DNA of 63,807 nucleotides, counting the filler, from Octopus bimaculoides (Eukaryota): assembly GCF_001194135.2 (NCBI RefSeq). It is 5 parts of 5 records of this genome, joined end to end, with 100 filler letters (N's around TTAATTAATTAA, not from the genome) between each part and the next. Parts side by side here need not be neighbours in the genome. Positions count along the whole stretch, not along the records: positions 1 to 17,846 come from NC_068983.1; positions 17,947 to 47,380 come from NC_068984.1; 3 more parts are not named here. One strand, given 5' to 3'. The notes beneath the pieces are model-generated. The model had not been told where the DNA came from, searched no databases, and saw only the letters and a list, made by a program, of their open reading frames with translations. Every line of letters starts with the position of its first letter. The first letter of the stretch is position 1. This document shows positions 12,240 through 25,569 of this stretch, piece after piece. The translations under genes were made by a program, and so were the position numbers.

Positions 12240-13144
12240 GTGAGTGTTTGTTGCAGTTGTTGCTGTTATTAAAATTGATGTTATTGTCATTGTTGTTGTT
12301 ATTTTTGCTGCCATTTGCTACTGGTCTGATCGAGATGACCCATGCCATACGTGGCCATCACATTGCTTTTTCCCTTCAAGGTAACTAAGAGTATACTGAC
12401 CAGCATACAACTACTTTTTAGAAAACATAGTAGGAGTTAAGGGAGATTCAGCTGCTATTTTTAACAGATCGAAAGACCGTACAGAGATTCGTTAACTAAA
12501 AAACAGGATAAGTTATGTTTAATGGCTGATTAATGTGGACAGATTGTAGCTAGCTGAGGTGAACGATATTTAGCATAATATTGAATGCTGTCTGAGAGCA
12601 GAACACCAATCACTGTTGTAGGTTTATATATATATATATTCGCACAATCTTCAATATAGATTGTCCCTTCAGAACGAATAAGGAACAGTTTGCATAGTAT
12701 ATATCAATGCTGCGTTTCTGGTTACTTTCAATTCCGACAAAAAGTTTCCTTCTCCATAGCATTTTAGATGTTTCGTAGGTAAATATATACTGGAGTATCT
12801 TGAATATATATTGAAGGAATAATTAGTTCTGTTGACTGACACAGATACTGGGACCTAACTCTAGCTAACTCGATCAAACCCATGTAATGTTTTGATCTCG
12901 TCACTGTATACTAACGAAACATTCGTCCGCTGCACAGTACCTTCGTCGCTTCAGCTAATCGAATGTATCATCGTATGACAACCAGTAATGGACTGATCGA
13001 TCTCCAATCAAAAGAGCTAGAATACCTTCAACAAAAGATACAGTGAACGGCTAAAGTTTTCAGATATCACATCCACGACTATCAAATGAATATACCACAT
13101 ACAAACTTTTATATACTATACAAATACACCCGCCCACCCGCTCG

Positions 13145-13195
<51 letters not shown>

Positions 13196-13489
13196 CTGCG
13201 TGTTTGCTCAGTTTTACGTACATATACAGAGTAAGAAATACAAAGACACTGATAAAGAACTATGCGCATGTGTGTATGAATGTTTGTGTAGACATATACA
13301 CATACATACACACACATGCATACATATACATACATATATATACATACACACATACATACATACATACATACATACATACATACATACATACATACATACA
13401 TACAGTCTACTGGTATTGAAATGCAAATGATTACGCAGCCAACCATGAACCTGGGTAAATAAAACGAATAAAGAAATTACTGACTGACT

Positions 13490-13555
<66 letters not shown>

Positions 13556-13898
13556 NNNNNNNNNNNNNNNNNNNNNNNNNNNNNNNNNNNNNNNNNNNNN
13601 NNNNNNNNNNNNNNNNNNNNNNNNNNNNNNNNNNNNNNNNNNNNNNNNNNNNNNNNNNNNNNNNNNNNNNNNNNNNNNNNNNNNNNNNNNNNNNNNNNNN
13701 NNNNNNNNNNNNNNNNNNNNNNNNNNNNNNNNNNNNNNNNNNNNNNNNNNNNNNNNNNNNNNNNNNNNNNNNNNNNNNNNNNNNNNNNNNNNNNNNNNNN
13801 NNNNNNNNNNNNNNNNNNNNNNNNNNNNNNNNNNNNNNNNNNNNNNNNNNNNNNNNNNNNNNNNNNNNNNNNNNNNNNNNNNNNNNNNNNNNNNNNNN

Positions 13899-13957
<59 letters not shown>

Positions 13958-14159
13958 ATATGGCATTTGACACCCCATCCATGCGGTATCTAACATCCAC
14001 CTAACCATATAAATGCAGTAGATCCCTCTCTGTCACACAGTCTTGAATAAAGAGTTGACTGTCAACTTCTTGTGTGCGTGTGTGTATGCGTGTGCGTGTG
14101 TGTGTGTGTATGTGTATGTGTTTGTGCGTGTAGGCCTATGCAGGCTTATCAAATTTAGG

Positions 14160-14690
14160 TAGACTAATGTCCTTTATAGACTATTTAAGCCGCTGAAAGT
14201 CGACACTTGCAGGAACAACATGATCAAGATGGGGAAGATTCCAGAGAGATGGTATTATGGGAAGGAGAAACTGGATGTAGTGGTTTGTGCATAGTTTGTG
14301 CGGTGCTGGGCCCAACAAAATTGATGAGAGAAGATATGAGTGGGTTGAGAGTGTATGAGTAAAGATGTACAAGACTAACCAACTCCGTGAAAGAGAGGCT
14401 GTTATAGTAACGGTAGAAAAAGTACAAAGAGGAGACAGAATTAATGTGGGTCAGAGACATGTCACTGAGTGGTTTTATGCTAATAAAACCAGCGGCTTTC
14501 TCTAGATATAATCTTGAATATTTGTGTGGGTAGCAACAGTACTGTCCTAAATGTGGGAGCAATGATCCTTTGTGGCTTTCTCTTGAGCTTGGTAGATAAA
14601 TTCATAGGGTACTGAATTTTTTTCTAGCACTGAAGGGATGGGTCAGTTTTTAATAATCTGATCCTAGTTATGCTAGAGGTAGTCTTTCGC
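14160..14690 (-). mobile_element. Decayed CR1/Jockey-group LINE, C-terminal fragment
   Basis: Minus-strand PHLGQYCC...SLYFFYRYYN...ELVSLV...QFLLPIIPSLWNLP resembles the post-RT region of CR1-like elements (PHLEYC...SLFYRYY...LWNSLP). Confidence 0.6.
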
Positions 14691-15189
14691 TAGGAAAACG
14701 TTTGTGAGGCCTAACATTTTGAGCAATTGTGACGGCTATTGTTAATCATTTTTAAAGAGGATATATATATATATATATANNNNNNNNNNNNNNNNNNNNN
14801 NNNNNNNNNNNNNNNNNNNNNNNNNNNNNNNNNNNNNNNNNNNNNNNNNNNNNNNNNNNNNNNNNNNNNNNNNNNNNNNNNNNNNNNNNNNNNNNNNNNN
14901 NNNNNNNNNNNNNNNNNNNNNNNNNNNNNNNNNNNNNNNNNNNNNNNNNNNNNNNNNNNNNNNNNNNNNNNNNNNNNNNNNNNNNNNNNNNNNNNNNNNN
15001 NNNNNNNNNNNNNNNNNNNNNNNNNNNNNNNNNNNNNNNNNNNNNNNNNNNNNNNNNNNNNNNNNNNNNNNNNNNNNNNNNNNNNNNNNNNNNNNNNNNN
15101 NNNNNNNNNNNNNNNNNNNNNNNNNNNNNNNNNNNNNNNNNNAGTGTAATTATGTGTATGTGTGTATGTATGTATATCCATAGATGAAT

Positions 15190-15230
<41 letters not shown>

Positions 15231-16506
15231 TATGTTAGTAGGTATGTAGGTAGGTAGGTGTAAGGGAGTATTCTGGGAGAATCTTTATGCGATTGACCTT
15301 TAGCACGCACGATCGAGTTAGTATTCCTCCTATAGGATTGATAGAATTAGTAATAGTAATCCATGCAATGATATACACGAACACGGCTTCCTATGTAAAA
15401 GTTTCCAAAGTCTATTTCGGAATCAAATGCCCAACCAGGAATATGTGTGGGCACGTCTTTTGACGGAAATCAACGTTTTCTTAATTCAATCACTGTAACA
15501 TTGTACATTACAAGCTACAAATTCATAAAAAAAAAAGTATTTATCTTCACTGAGATCAAAATTTATTGCAAATTTTAAATTTTAATGAGCATAAAATTTA
15601 CATAAAATACTAATTCTAGATAACCAATGACGTTGATACAATTTTTCATGCCAATACGTGTTTATATAGTTTGCTTATGTCAGTTACTTGCTCAGTGCAT
15701 TTGTGCATTTAACGCTTCAATGTTCACAAAGTTTATTGGTACATGTTTTGTTTGAAATATTTCAACTGTTGAGGCTGGTTGACTGGCTGCCTGGCTGCCG
15801 GGCTGCCTGACCGATTGCTTGACTGTCTGGCTGTCTGATTGTCTGGCTATCTGGCTGATATCTGTTATTTACCTAAAGATTGATGTTTTGTGTCTTTGTC
15901 GGTATTACTGCTTCATGTCTCTATAAAGTTTTCTTAGCTGTTAATGTCATATCTCACTAAGATGTAAATTGGAAATGTTTAGGTACATGCCTTTACTGTA
16001 GCAATTGTTGTTAGCAGAGGAAGTACCGTACAATTCACTAGTCTTTCTTTCAATGTTGATTTGATTTCTTCTCACGGATCTGAAACAGATAACAAAAAAC
16101 TTCATTAAAGGCTAGACATGACCATACCCATTTGTAAAAGTGTCCCATGGTAAAATACAGTACCCTTGCTGTAAACTCGAGGTTATTATATCTTTAACCA
16201 GTGTTTCCTCAGTTTCCAATGCTGACTGCCAATTTTCTACGAGCCAATAGAAAGAACAAACTACTCCAGTTTATACGTTTTACCCCTTCTATAGATTACA
16301 CTTAATCTCATTATGATTTACTTAACATTTTGTTATATCTCAACATTTTGTTCAAGTATTCGTTGAATATGAATTCATTTGCTTTGCTTTTTATGTATTC
16401 TCGTTCAATCTAAAGTTTATTAGATTATTCATTTAATAAACTTTATACTTCGCACCAGTTTCAACTTCAACTTATATTTTCGTTTATTCTCTTTCTTTTT
16501 ATATAG

Positions 16507-16633
16507 AGTTCTCATTAAAATGGATAACAATATTATTCAGCATTATGCTCATGAAACGACGTTCATCATTGAAAAATGCCGGACAGCAGACGATAAAGGA
16601 TATGAAATTATACTCACAGAAATTGATCCGTGA
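16507..16633 (+). CDS. grh: Grainyhead-like TF, last coding exon: (G)VLIKMDNNIIQHYAHETTFIIEKCRTADDKGYEIILTEIDP*
   Basis: Acceptor ctctttctttttatatag|, phase 2, TGA at 16631-16633. Matches the GRHL C-terminus pattern G(I/V)LV.MD.NII.HY..E.TF...........TL.EI. The eight exons total 753 nt (250 aa plus stop) with no internal stop. Confidence 0.93.
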
Positions 16634-17420
16634 AACATGCTTGCGATTATCTCTCCGTCCTTCATTACATTCCAAATAGATTTTTTTAATATGTAAGAAA
16701 ATAGAGAGGAAAGAAAAATATAAGAAAAACAGAAACAGAGAAAAATTAAGAACATCACTTTTATTTGTTTCTCTGATGCTCTTTTAGTTTGAAGTAATTC
16801 TCTTATCAGTGTCTTTTCTTATCATATTTTCTTTGTTGCTCTGTCGAACCCACCAATTACTTAGATGTAACGAGTTTTTAAAAAAAACGCATCAATTCAT
16901 CGCCACCAATAATAATAGAAAGAAGAAGAAGAAGAAGAAGAAGAAGAAGAAGAAGAAGAAGAAGAAGAAGAAGAAGAAGAAGAAGAAGAAGAAGAAGAAG
17001 AAGAAGACCTTAAATGACATCAGTAATAGGGATTATACATAATACTAATGATAAATAGTGCATTATGTACAATGACAGGAACACAACCATAAGCACTATA
17101 ACAGGGCTCAGCATTACTCAGCATTCGAAATTCACAACTTAACATTAAAAAAAACTCAGCAAATATTCTACAAACAACTTACACAACACACAAATAAACA
17201 TAGTGCGATGAAAACCAACAAAAGACCATATTACAAACAATAATCCTGCAACAAACTACAATTCAAAAAATAAAATAAAACATTGCTGTGTATACAAGAG
17301 AAATACAGTAGTGAACTCTGGTGTCAAATTAAAGATATTGACTGAAAAAACAGAGGCAAAAAAATAATTTCAAATGATAATGTTAATAAAAAAAAATATT
17401 GCTGATAATAAAGACTGAAT
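16634..17420 (+). other. Probable grh 3' UTR with candidate AATAAA signals (first at 17193-17198) and an internal (GAA)n run at about 16918-17006
   Basis: Follows the stop codon; A-rich with several AATAAA hexamers. The true cleavage site cannot be determined from sequence alone. Confidence 0.4.
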
Positions 17421-17805
17421 CAGAACTGAACAGTAACTAAACATTACTGAAAAAAATGTCGAATACCGAAGAGACATGAAAGATAAAAATCGGATTGAAT
17501 CAATACAAAAAAAGAAAAGATGAATGTCTCGGAAAAAATTACGAGAAACAACAGTAGAAAGTCGAAAATCGACTGTGATTATCGAACTGCTAAATATTAC
17601 TGTAGTAAAAACATTTAGTGATTTGAAATGATTTTTATTTGCAACATGTTACTTTTTTTTTTTCTTTTCTGTAAATGAAACAATATGGCTTCAGGAAATA
17701 CACAGGCTTTCTTTATCATCTGTGTTATTGCAACACGTTCTAAACACCATGCTTATCAGGAACTCTGTACCCTGGTAACAACAAAAAAAAACAATTATGT
17801 CATCT

Positions 17806-17846
<41 letters not shown>

Positions 17847-17946
17847 NNNNNNNNNNNNNNNNNNNNNNNNNNNNNNNNNNNNNNNNNNNNTTAATTAATT
17901 AANNNNNNNNNNNNNNNNNNNNNNNNNNNNNNNNNNNNNNNNNNNN
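17847..17946. other. Artificial scaffold spacer N44-TTAATTAATTAA-N44
   Basis: Exactly 100 bp, with identical architecture at four sites. Confidence 0.9.
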
Positions 17947-18372
17947 ACCACCACCACCAAACCACGACCACCACCACGACCACCACCACCACTACTGTTG
18001 CAACTTCTATTATCTCCATTCACCATCACGAACACGGTTCTAGCCTACGAAGCGGGCCTCTATGCGGGCGCTTGATCTGATAGAAGTGGGATACAAATCT
18101 CCCTCGGATAACACATCTGTCACCGAATACATGTATTGGAACAAACATTAGATAAAGTAGAAATGGATAAGCCCAAGTGACTGGAGTATTGGGATTAAGA
18201 TGGCTTTGATCATAGGCTTACTTGGTCAGCATTGATCACCAACACCTACAAGCTCCACCATTATTCTTCCAGCCACTAGTAGAGTACTGTGGCTCTCTAA
18301 CATAATTCATTTGATTCATACGTATGTAAGTAGGTATGTATGTATGTATGTATGCATGCATGCATGCATTTA

Positions 18373-18414
<42 letters not shown>

Positions 18415-18498
18415 NNNNNNNNNNATATATGGAGAGATAAATAGACAGAGAGAGAAAGAGAGAAAGAGAGACAGAGACAGACAATCAGACAAACAGAT

Positions 18499-18547
<49 letters not shown>

Positions 18548-18725
18548 GTGCGTGTGTGCGCGCGCACGGGTGTATCGATCAACCAATCACTCTATCTATC
18601 TATACACACACATATTTATATGTACGTATTTTATATATGCATAATATGTATATATATAGATATAGATATATGGATATATAATAAACATGTATATACAGAT
18701 ACATACCTATATGTATATATACGTA

Positions 18726-18812
<87 letters not shown>

Positions 18813-19919
18813 TACACACACAGACACACACACATGCAAGCTTGCACACATATATACATACAAATATTGAGATCGACATAATCAAGTGGTTGAGAATGTT
18901 CTACTAAAATATTCCTTGATCGTCCACAGAACAGAGCTATCTATACACTTGATGGAGATGTACAATCTCAAATACGAAATCAATGCTACGTGCCAGCTCG
19001 AAATTGAGCTTTATTGAAGTTACAAATCTAATTAACGAACAAATATTGTGGGTTTCTTTTTGTATCGCTAAAGAGCTCCATTTCAGATATCTCATTGTAG
19101 GTTTATAATGAACAAGTATATTTTTACTTTTCATTGTTCTGCTCAACTTTCATTATTATACCATTGATTATTTTGATTCAAACCCAACGACAAATTTTGA
19201 AGATGATGTTTAAATGTTCCAATCCATCTAAGAAGTTTCCTGGGATTATCCATTTTTTTCCGTACATAGGAAGAATGAAAACTTAAATCGAGTTAAAAAA
19301 GAATTTAATTCTCATTAGTGGATGACCAAACTGAGTACGATCAAATAAACGAGATATGTTGTTGCACAATACACCTCGAATCACAAGTGCTGAAATATAT
19401 TTTTGGTTTAAGTTTCGAAAGTGATTAGCTGTCGTGGAGAGCTGTGTAAAATGTAATCATTGCTTTTATATAATAGATGGACGGAAAATGAGAGAAACGT
19501 CTCCTGACAAACCGTTTCCCGATTTGTTAATTAATCACTCCTCAGAGAGGATTCCCCTTCCTGATCTCCGTAGCCAATCAATAGTATAAGTGTCAGCTAC
19601 TATGAGATTTTCTCAAACTAATTTTTTACTGCAACTCATATGCTAGTATGTATTCTACCAGTCAAGAGAAAATCTAAATTCATACCCGTCCATTCAAATG
19701 CTCGATTAGATTTCACTGACAGTAAGGAATTCAAATATTATTAATATAATTTTAAAATATTTGTTTTGTATTTCTGTATTTCAATGTTTTCTTTGATTAC
19801 TTTAAAATAATTCCGCGATTATCTTCACCCGATTAGAATGTTTTATCTATTTATTCTTTTTATTTTACAAAGATGCGTTTGGGTCTAATAACCTCTTGTC
19901 AGGTGTGTGGGGGGAATGT

Positions 19920-20575
19920 GTTATTGTATCTTATTGTTGCATTCCCCATTTGTCGGTATAATCCCGAGTCCTCCCGAGCAGGCCGTTGAGCAGAGTCCTA
20001 GCCAGTCCCCATATCCGCGAGATATCTCCTCATCTGCCGCGACCATATGGTATGAGGTTGACCTACACGAGCCGTCAACCTAGTCTGATTATCAGTTAAG
20101 AGAATGTGGTAAGCAGGCTCTAACTTAGAAAATCGAGCAACATGGCCAGACAGTTTGAGTTGGCGCTCAAAAAAGTAACAGGACGCATCCCACTTTCTCA
20201 GTAGAGTCGTTGATCAGATAAAAGATCTGACCAATGGTAACCCATAATCCCGAGAAGCATCCTGGTACCAAAGGTGTACAGGCTGTTCCTAAGGGCCCTG
20301 GAGAGTGTCCAAGTTTCACAACTATAGAACAGGAGAGGAAGGGCCAGAGACCTAAGTACCTGAACCGTTGTCCTGCTGTTCAGGTATCGACAGTTCCAAA
20401 CACCCTGGCTCAATGAGTTCACAACTGCACCGGTTCGTCCAAGTCGTTTTAGGATTTCAGACACGCAACTAATGCTGCTATGAATCTCACTACTGAGATA
20501 AGTGAACCAGTCAACAACTTCGACTCACTCACTTGCAACAGAGATGGACGAGGACTCCAAAGTAAACCCATTGGT
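19920..20575 (-). mobile_element. RTE-clade LINE, C-terminal RT/thumb fragment
   Basis: Minus-strand EILKRLGRTGAVVNSLSQGVWNCRYLNSRTTVQVLRSLALPLLFYSCETWTLS...IMGYHWSD; the L.Y.CETW motif is typical of RTE LINEs. Confidence 0.8.
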
Positions 20576-22129
20576 TCCTAATTTTTGTAATCCCAAGTAC
20601 AGCTAAATGTAAATTTGTATTCTGTAAAATGGACATGCTTTCAAGTATCTCATTTCATTTTTGTATAAATTCTCTTTTTGAGATTTTATATTACTTTCTA
20701 CCATTTATATTCTTAATTATCTTTATAAACTTTCTCCATTTTTTGTTTTGTTCTGCATATATATGAGTACACAAAAAATAATGAGAAAGGACATATAATT
20801 ACATAGTGGGATCCAAGTGGTCATTCAAAATTTCAGAGCATTCTCAGGACATCAAGGTATAGGCGTTTTGGCACTCGACATTTGAAAGTTTGCATAGTTT
20901 GTATCCTTCCTGGTAAGACGATACCAAGTATACCTCCGTAAATTTGTTTCCTTGTGGTTACTGTAATATAAAAGATTCTCCTATACAGTGTGTGAGTGTT
21001 GGCTCATGCATGACGGATGCATGTGGTTTTGAAAAGATGCTAGTATTCCTGCAAAATCATATATCATACTGCAGTGAAAACAAAGCTTTGAGTTCCAATA
21101 GGCTATATACATGTACACATGTTGCTGTTATAGCCAAAATGTCTTCTGTGTTATAATAGGTTGATATGTCGTATATATACGTATGTGTGTGTCATGTGTA
21201 TGTATATGTAGATATACATACTATATGTATATATATATATATATATATATAATAACATAAATAATATATAAATATATGCATATATCCATACATATATGTA
21301 CATACCTACATCTATATGTATACATACATGCATATATGGGTACAGGACATCACAAAAAAACGTTAAACACAACGAGAAACGAAAACATAAAGATGAAGAC
21401 AGAAAACGAACTTTTTTCGAACAACGAAAAAAACAAACAGAAACGAGTCATGCAACATAAAGAATATTTCCCTTCTTCAGTTGTCCTTGTTCCATCTACT
21501 CCACACAGATTACATATATGTGTGGTTTGCGCGTGTGTAAGCTAATATATCATATGCTTAAAGGTGTATGTGTGTGTTTGTGTGCGTGTGTCTGTATGAG
21601 TGTGTGTCTGTGAAAATGTATCTATTAAAAGTAATAAAGAATATATGTGTATTAAGGAGCAGAATGAAAGGATATTTTAGCTTCACGGGTTACAATGCTC
21701 ACAAATGATTTCAATAATTGCCTATGGTTAGCATACATCTGTTTTTATAAATAGCTTGTACGTATTTTCAACTGTATTTTATTTGGCTTTCCACTTTACA
21801 TGTTTTTTAAACTTATATGTGTTATGTTCGCTGAAACCGACGTAATGTCGGACAAATCGACTTAAGTTAAGGTTTTTCTCACCGTTAATTTCTTTTTTAA
21901 ATTTAGTTGAACTGGTCGAGTATGTGATGTGACACATTCATCGAAGAGAGACGGCATACTAACATGATAGCCATTTTTCTCAATATAACTTATTTACTAT
22001 GTTATTTAGACATAATCTTAGGTATGTCATGAGGCCTAGGACTCATAATGCTGGAACTTAATCCGGTTTCCATGGTGATTATTTAATTGAAATTACAACC
22101 GTGCCCGGTAAACGGGACCCCGGTCCCTC

Positions 22130-22290
22130 TCAGGGTTAAGCTCGCAGCTATTGACGAAACTCGTATAGAGCTGAGTGAACTGGAGATGCTTGACATAAAA
22201 TGTTTTGCTCACGAATTCAACAAGAACACACAACACAATCCCGTAATCGAAACCACAATTTTACGATTGTGAGCGAAACATCCTAATCCC
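22130..22290 (-). mobile_element. SINE head, reverse copy related to 44700-44830
   Basis: Reverse complement gives ggttaggga.taggatgtttcgctcacaatcgtaaaattgtggtttcgattacggg..gtgttgtgtgttcttg, similar to the + copies at 44700 and 29405. Confidence 0.55.
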
Positions 22291-24098
22291 TAACCATGTA
22301 CCTTCACACTACGTTACTTCGTGCTCCAAAACTGTACACAATTCCATTAAACGTAATAAATATATATAATTTCTACACGCCAGCTCGCAATATGCAGGCG
22401 TACATCATCTTAGGCCGTCTTGAGTTAGATGGGTTTTTTAAGAAATTAATGAGGGGGAAAAAACCCCTCAACTTTCATCGATTTATCCGACTTTACGTCG
22501 GTCTCAGCAAACATTAAAAACATAAAAGTTTTAAAAAACTGAAAGCTAATCCTGAAGTGGAAAATCAAGTAAAATACATGTCGAAATAATCACAAACCAT
22601 TTATTAAAACAGATATAGGCTGATAAACATTTTACGTGTTATACCGTTTTCCGAGTTAAGTTGCAAGTCTTAGAACCAATTACAGTCGTACGTTGCTGTA
22701 GCATGTATAGTAAAGCCAGTATTTCATGTTCTTGTTATGATCAACATAGATAAAAGGAAATATAAACAAAATGTGCGAGATTGTTTCAAGATATTAACTT
22801 GCACTGTCTCAGACGATTTACTCTGGCATTAAATCTTAAAAATACAGTTTATATGGTGTGACTAATAATCACTTTATGTTAATGACACGTGCGTAAGATA
22901 GTGTACTTAAGTACCTCATAAACAAACTCACGTGTTTTATTTTTATTTCTTTAGAGAGAAAATATACTTAAGTGGGCTATGGAGAGAAAAGGAGAAAGAT
23001 AGACTGTGAGCGGGAGAGATAAAACGAATGAGAGACAGGAAGAAAAACTGAATTTTGATGTGGTTATTCTATAGATAAGGATCGATGATATCGATCAATT
23101 GAGCAAGAAACATCAAATCTATCCTGCTCCTGACCCGCCATATTTATAATGGTTTTCTTCGACTCTTTAAAAATCTTTTAAGTGCGCTTGAAATGCCCAG
23201 TCGTTTTCAAGTGGTAGTTAATCTTTTCCTTCGGAGATTAAGTTTTCAATAGTGCTTGCGAATGATGCCCCAAGCTTATCATCGCAATGTCCTTTATCTA
23301 ATTATCATTTTGAGTATGAAACTTTGAATATTGAACAAACAAGAGATCGATCATAGCTTTTATCTATATAACACATTTTCTATCTTTTGGCTTTTAACAT
23401 CAACTCTTTTCCAAAGTACATTTTGGTGATATTAAATTCTAACGCTTTGATTAGAATAGATATTTCCTATCATTAAGAGAAAGTTATGATTCAACACCTA
23501 TTTAGCTACTGCCTCGGGGAAAATGCTTCTAAATAACGACACAATGGAGGAAACTTACTTTTCATATAGAATGAATACATACATACGTTTGTACATATAT
23601 ACATGCATGTATGTATATATGTATGTATGTATGTATTATATATGTATGGATGCATGTATCAATGTAATTTTTATATGTATTATTTATGTATACATATGTA
23701 TATAAGTAGGTATGTATATATGTATATATATATGTATATATATATATATGTGTGTGTATGTGTGTATGTATGTATGTATGTATGTATATATGCATGTATA
23801 TTTGGATTTATAAACCTTGTATATAGGTGTATTCATAAAATTAATGTTAGCACTTAAGAATGCACACAAGCTTATATTGTGTGTGTATTTTTATGCGATT
23901 CTGTTTTTCTATAGCCATAAACACATAAATGCTGAAAATGTTTGTTGATTCTTTCATGAAAACTTTTACCCCGAGGTTAGTGGAAAAAAAAAATCTAGGG
24001 GTTAAAAGCTGTAGGTTGTGTTCTGGCAGCAATGCATGCAGAAACAAACATTAATACGCAAGCACAAGCACACAGAAACACACATACACACACACACA

Positions 24099-24134
<36 letters not shown>

Positions 24135-24614
24135 AGTATGCGTACAATAAGTTGGTTCAATCTAGCGGTTTGTTTGAATGTGTTCAAGAATAAAACTTGT
24201 GTAAATATCGATGCAATAATAATAGTGATTTGATGGTATTACGAACCATTAAATTGCCATTATTGATTGCTTATAAATTTTAGATTTTGTGTTTGATTTT
24301 AGCAAATAAGATCCCCATCATTCTAGATTATTCAACATCTCGTGAATGTTTTTTTTCTTCTGTTTTTTTTTTTTAGCGAACGACGTACACTTACTTCATT
24401 TACAGTATATCTCCAAATCATTTCAGTCAGTTATATGAAAGTCCATTGCTTTTACCTAGGTGTACACTGTTAGAGTACAGCAGTTGTAAATCAAACTCAG
24501 AGTATTGAATTTTAGTAAGCTTCGACAATCTATCAATACATGATTTAATTGTTTTGAATCTGTGTGTAGCGTCTTTTTTATAGGAAGTGAATTGATGTTA
24601 CCTTAACTCAGCTA

Positions 24615-24775
24615 TACTGGTTTTAGACTTCGGCACAAGGCTAGCAGTTTCGAGGGACGGGGCAAGTCAATTACATCGACCCTGGTACTTAACTGGATGG
24701 ATGGCAAAGTTGAACTCGACATTTGAACTAAGCATTTTGCCCTGGCGTACTAACGATTTTACCAGCTCGCTGCCT
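24615..24775 (-). mobile_element. tRNA-derived SINE, family B (reverse copy with internal deletion)
   Basis: Reverse complement carries the ggcagcgagctggtaaaatcgttagtacgccagggcaaaatgcttag head and the ttaagtaccagggtcgatgtaattgac tail. Confidence 0.65.
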
Positions 24776-25517
24776 TACTTTACCTCAGCTATATCAAAAT
24801 CCAATAATTTACAATCTTTATATTACCTCATCTCAAAAGGGCCGAACTCTTGATACATTCGACAGTCAATTTCTAGTAAAATTTTGTTAAAAAACACTCG
24901 CTAAGGGCAGGTGGTTTGAAAACTATTTTTATTTTAAGATTGTATCTTAAAAATAATTTCCTCATGGCAAACATTATCACAAGCATGGTTGACTGTTCAA
25001 AGTGGTTTGAACAAGCATGGTTGGCTGTTCTACGTGGTTTGAGTTTAATCCCATTGCGCAGCACCTCAAGCTGCTATTCTATATCACTCAGTATCGACTA
25101 AAGCATTTTGTATGTGAAATTTGTTTTATAAAAATTGGGTGGAAGTTAATCGAGGTAATTGTTCTTCTTGAATTATAGGCTTAATTCATCATCCAAGACC
25201 ACATAACCTCTGAGTACAGTAACGGAGCATAATTCGTTGCAAGCATCTGGGAAGGTTTTCAGTCTAATACCGTTTTCGTCTCCCCAATCTCTGAAATCCT
25301 GAAAAGTTTATTACCGCCCCCTTTCACACACGCATATATATATATATGTATATATAATATTAATAAAATAATTCCTATTGTATGGTTNNNNNNNNNNNNN
25401 NNNNNNNNNNNNNNNNNNNNNNNNNNNNNNNNNNNNNNNNNNNNNNNNNNNNNNNNNNNNNNNNNNNNNNNNNNNNNNNNNNNNNNNNNNNNNNNNNNNN
25501 NNATATATATATATACA

Positions 25518-25569
<52 letters not shown>

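Noticed and set aside
19560-19595. CCAAT box (19574) followed by a TATA-like TATAAG (19585)
   Set aside because: The spacing is far too short for a canonical promoter and no downstream exon is recognisable; such matches are expected by chance in AT-rich DNA.
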